Assembly: GCA_018818425.1 (NCBI GenBank)
Contig: JAHISB010000002.1
Coordinates: forward strand, 2,819-66,818
Direction: 5' to 3'
DNA: 64,000 nucleotides
Source: Patescibacteria group bacterium
Lineage (GTDB): Bacteria; Patescibacteriota; Patescibacteriia; UBA1558; UBA10009
Below the pieces are notes generated by a model, which was not told the DNA's origin, made no database searches, and was given only the letters and a program-made list of their open reading frames with translations. Every line of letters begins with the position of its first letter. Position 1 is the first letter of the stretch. Position numbers and translations under genes: made by a program. This document shows, piece by piece, positions 63,262-64,000 of this stretch.

Positions 63262-63742
63262 GAATTTTAAAAAAGCGGTCTTCATTATTATTTTAACTGC
63301 GGTTATTTTTTTTATTCAACAGAGTTTTTTAGTCAAGCTGCTACCCGTTAATTTGTTGCTTTTATTGATAATTTGGCTAAGTTTTAGCCGAAGGCCGGAG
63401 AGCTGGCTGGCGGCTTTAACAGCCGGTTTGCTTTTAGATTTTTATTCGGGTATTTTAGGCCCGGCTTTGATAAGTTATAGTTTAGTTAATTTTTTAATTA
63501 TTTATTTGGCTAAGCACATTTCTTTAGAAAGCTTCAGCCACTTTTTGTTGGTTTCTTTTGCCGGCTTGTCGGCTTTTTTTATCAGTTATTATTTGTTTTT
63601 ATATATTTTTGCGGAATGGCTGACTAATAAAGAGATCAGCTGGATTTGGAAAATGTCATGGTGGAGCTTTATTAAAATTATTATCAGCCATCAGTTATTA
63701 CTGCTTATGGGTTATTTAGTTAAACCGAAAGTTAACCGATAA
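63260..63742 (+). CDS. mreD: rod shape-determining protein MreD
   Basis: Track start is TTG 63233; ATG at 63260. ~5 TM. LLLDFYSGILGPALISY resembles the MreD conserved motif. Position is after mreC. Confidence 0.55.
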   Translation: MNFKKAVFIIILTAVIFFIQQSFLVKLLPVNLLLLLIIWLSFSRRPESWLAALTAGLLLDFYSGILGPALISYSLVNFLIIYLAKHISLESFSHFLLVSFAGLSAFFISYYLFLYIFAEWLTNKEISWIWKMSWWSFIKIIISHQLLLLMGYLVKPKVNR

Positions 63743-63745
63743 TTT

Positions 63746-64000
63746 ATGGTTAATGACACAAATCCTTTTGTTATTCCCAGCGGGCTGAAAGAATCTAAAA
63801 AAGGGAAATTAAATCGCGTCGGTTCTGTGGAAATAAGCGACAGTTTTTTGGCGGGCGGGAGCCCTTCGCTATGGCTGGGCGGCATTATTTCCGGCGCCAA
63901 GTCATCATTTTTTTTCTTAGCGGTTATTTTATTATTTTTGCTGTTAGGTTCACGGCTTTTTTATCTGCAGATTATTAAAGGCGACTATTATCGGCAATTG
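63746..64000 (+). CDS. mrdA: penicillin-binding protein 2 (MrdA), N-terminal fragment running off the window
   Basis: ATG 63746, open to the window end. N-terminal TM plus RLFYLQIIKGDYY typical of the PBP2 dimerisation-domain start. Follows mreBCD. Confidence 0.5.
   Translation, partial: MVNDTNPFVIPSGLKESKKGKLNRVGSVEISDSFLAGGSPSLWLGGIISGAKSSFFFLAVILLFLLLGSRLFYLQIIKGDYYRQL

Noticed and set aside
1-64000. rRNA genes
   Set aside because: No extended GC-rich region with rRNA-like conserved blocks was seen. Every long non-coding stretch is accounted for by the repeats described above.

Overview
This 64 kb window looks like part of a small AT-rich bacterial genome with Candidatus Patescibacteria/CPR-like traits. 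That placement is an inference from gene content and architecture. The evidence is compact housekeeping genes, many uncharacterised membrane and surface proteins, an acetate pathway of PduL-type phosphotransacylase plus acetate kinase, a thrombospondin-type-3 Ca-binding surface protein, a standalone Cas4-like nuclease, and GIY-YIG and four-helix-bundle genes. The ORF track uses TTG/GTG starts in several places, and many starts were re-set to the in-frame ATG; these are noted per feature.

Recognisable core genes on the + strand include nnr, a MacA/MacB-like efflux operon (membrane-fusion protein, ATPase, two FtsX-type permeases), a CIRCE-controlled heat-shock cluster (hrcA, grpE, dnaK, dnaJ), dnaX, tRNA-Gln(CUG), a PfkB kinase, pduL-like plus ackA, apt, mtnP, recJ, rnhA, holB, frr, rseP, proS, mreB, mreC, mreD and the start of PBP2. 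dusB and corA lie on the - strand.

Accessory content is concentrated in a few places:
- A defence island at 60-3436. It holds a convergent restriction-modification pair in which the methyltransferase is fused in one ORF to a complete LexA (winged HTH, Ala-Gly autocleavage site, Ser/Lys dyad), followed by a HEPN-like protein and an orphan HicB-like antitoxin.
- A second restriction-modification pair at 46884-48546 (HNH-type nuclease plus beta-class DPPY methyltransferase).
- A three-gene minus-strand operon of unknown membrane, coiled-coil and surface proteins at 27797-31116.
- A TraD/VirD4-like P-loop ATPase (35602-38142) and the preceding gene, which share a paralogous roughly 110 nt leader.

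The intergenic space is the most unusual part of the window. Almost every larger spacer is a low-complexity imperfect palindrome built from its own 8-11 nt word. The clearest is a roughly 300 bp array of about 25 ten-bp units at 31434-31735. Several dispersed element families are also present:
- A GC-rich tandem-hairpin element (CCAGCC...GGCTGG TCGGCC...GGCCGA) in at least five copies, including an exact 46-nt inverted pair 18.6 kb apart.
- A 110-140 nt structured palindrome family beginning TGTCATT(G/T)CGAG, with five copies between 49 and 59 kb.
- A roughly 130 bp AT-rich element ending in AAGGAG that is repeated upstream of dnaX and between mreC and mreD.
- A short palindromic motif CTCGGCT-N-CGCTCGAG found at the junctions of partial gene duplications (the GH gene 3' end, a dnaJ 5' fragment, a tRNA 5' fragment).

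Other observations: a four-helix-bundle (23S-IVS-type) gene flanked by inverted repeats and a bona fide arsM orthologue both sit inside the heat-shock cluster. Several genes appear to have -10 boxes that abut the start codon (leaderless or near-leaderless). No CRISPR array or rRNA gene was found.
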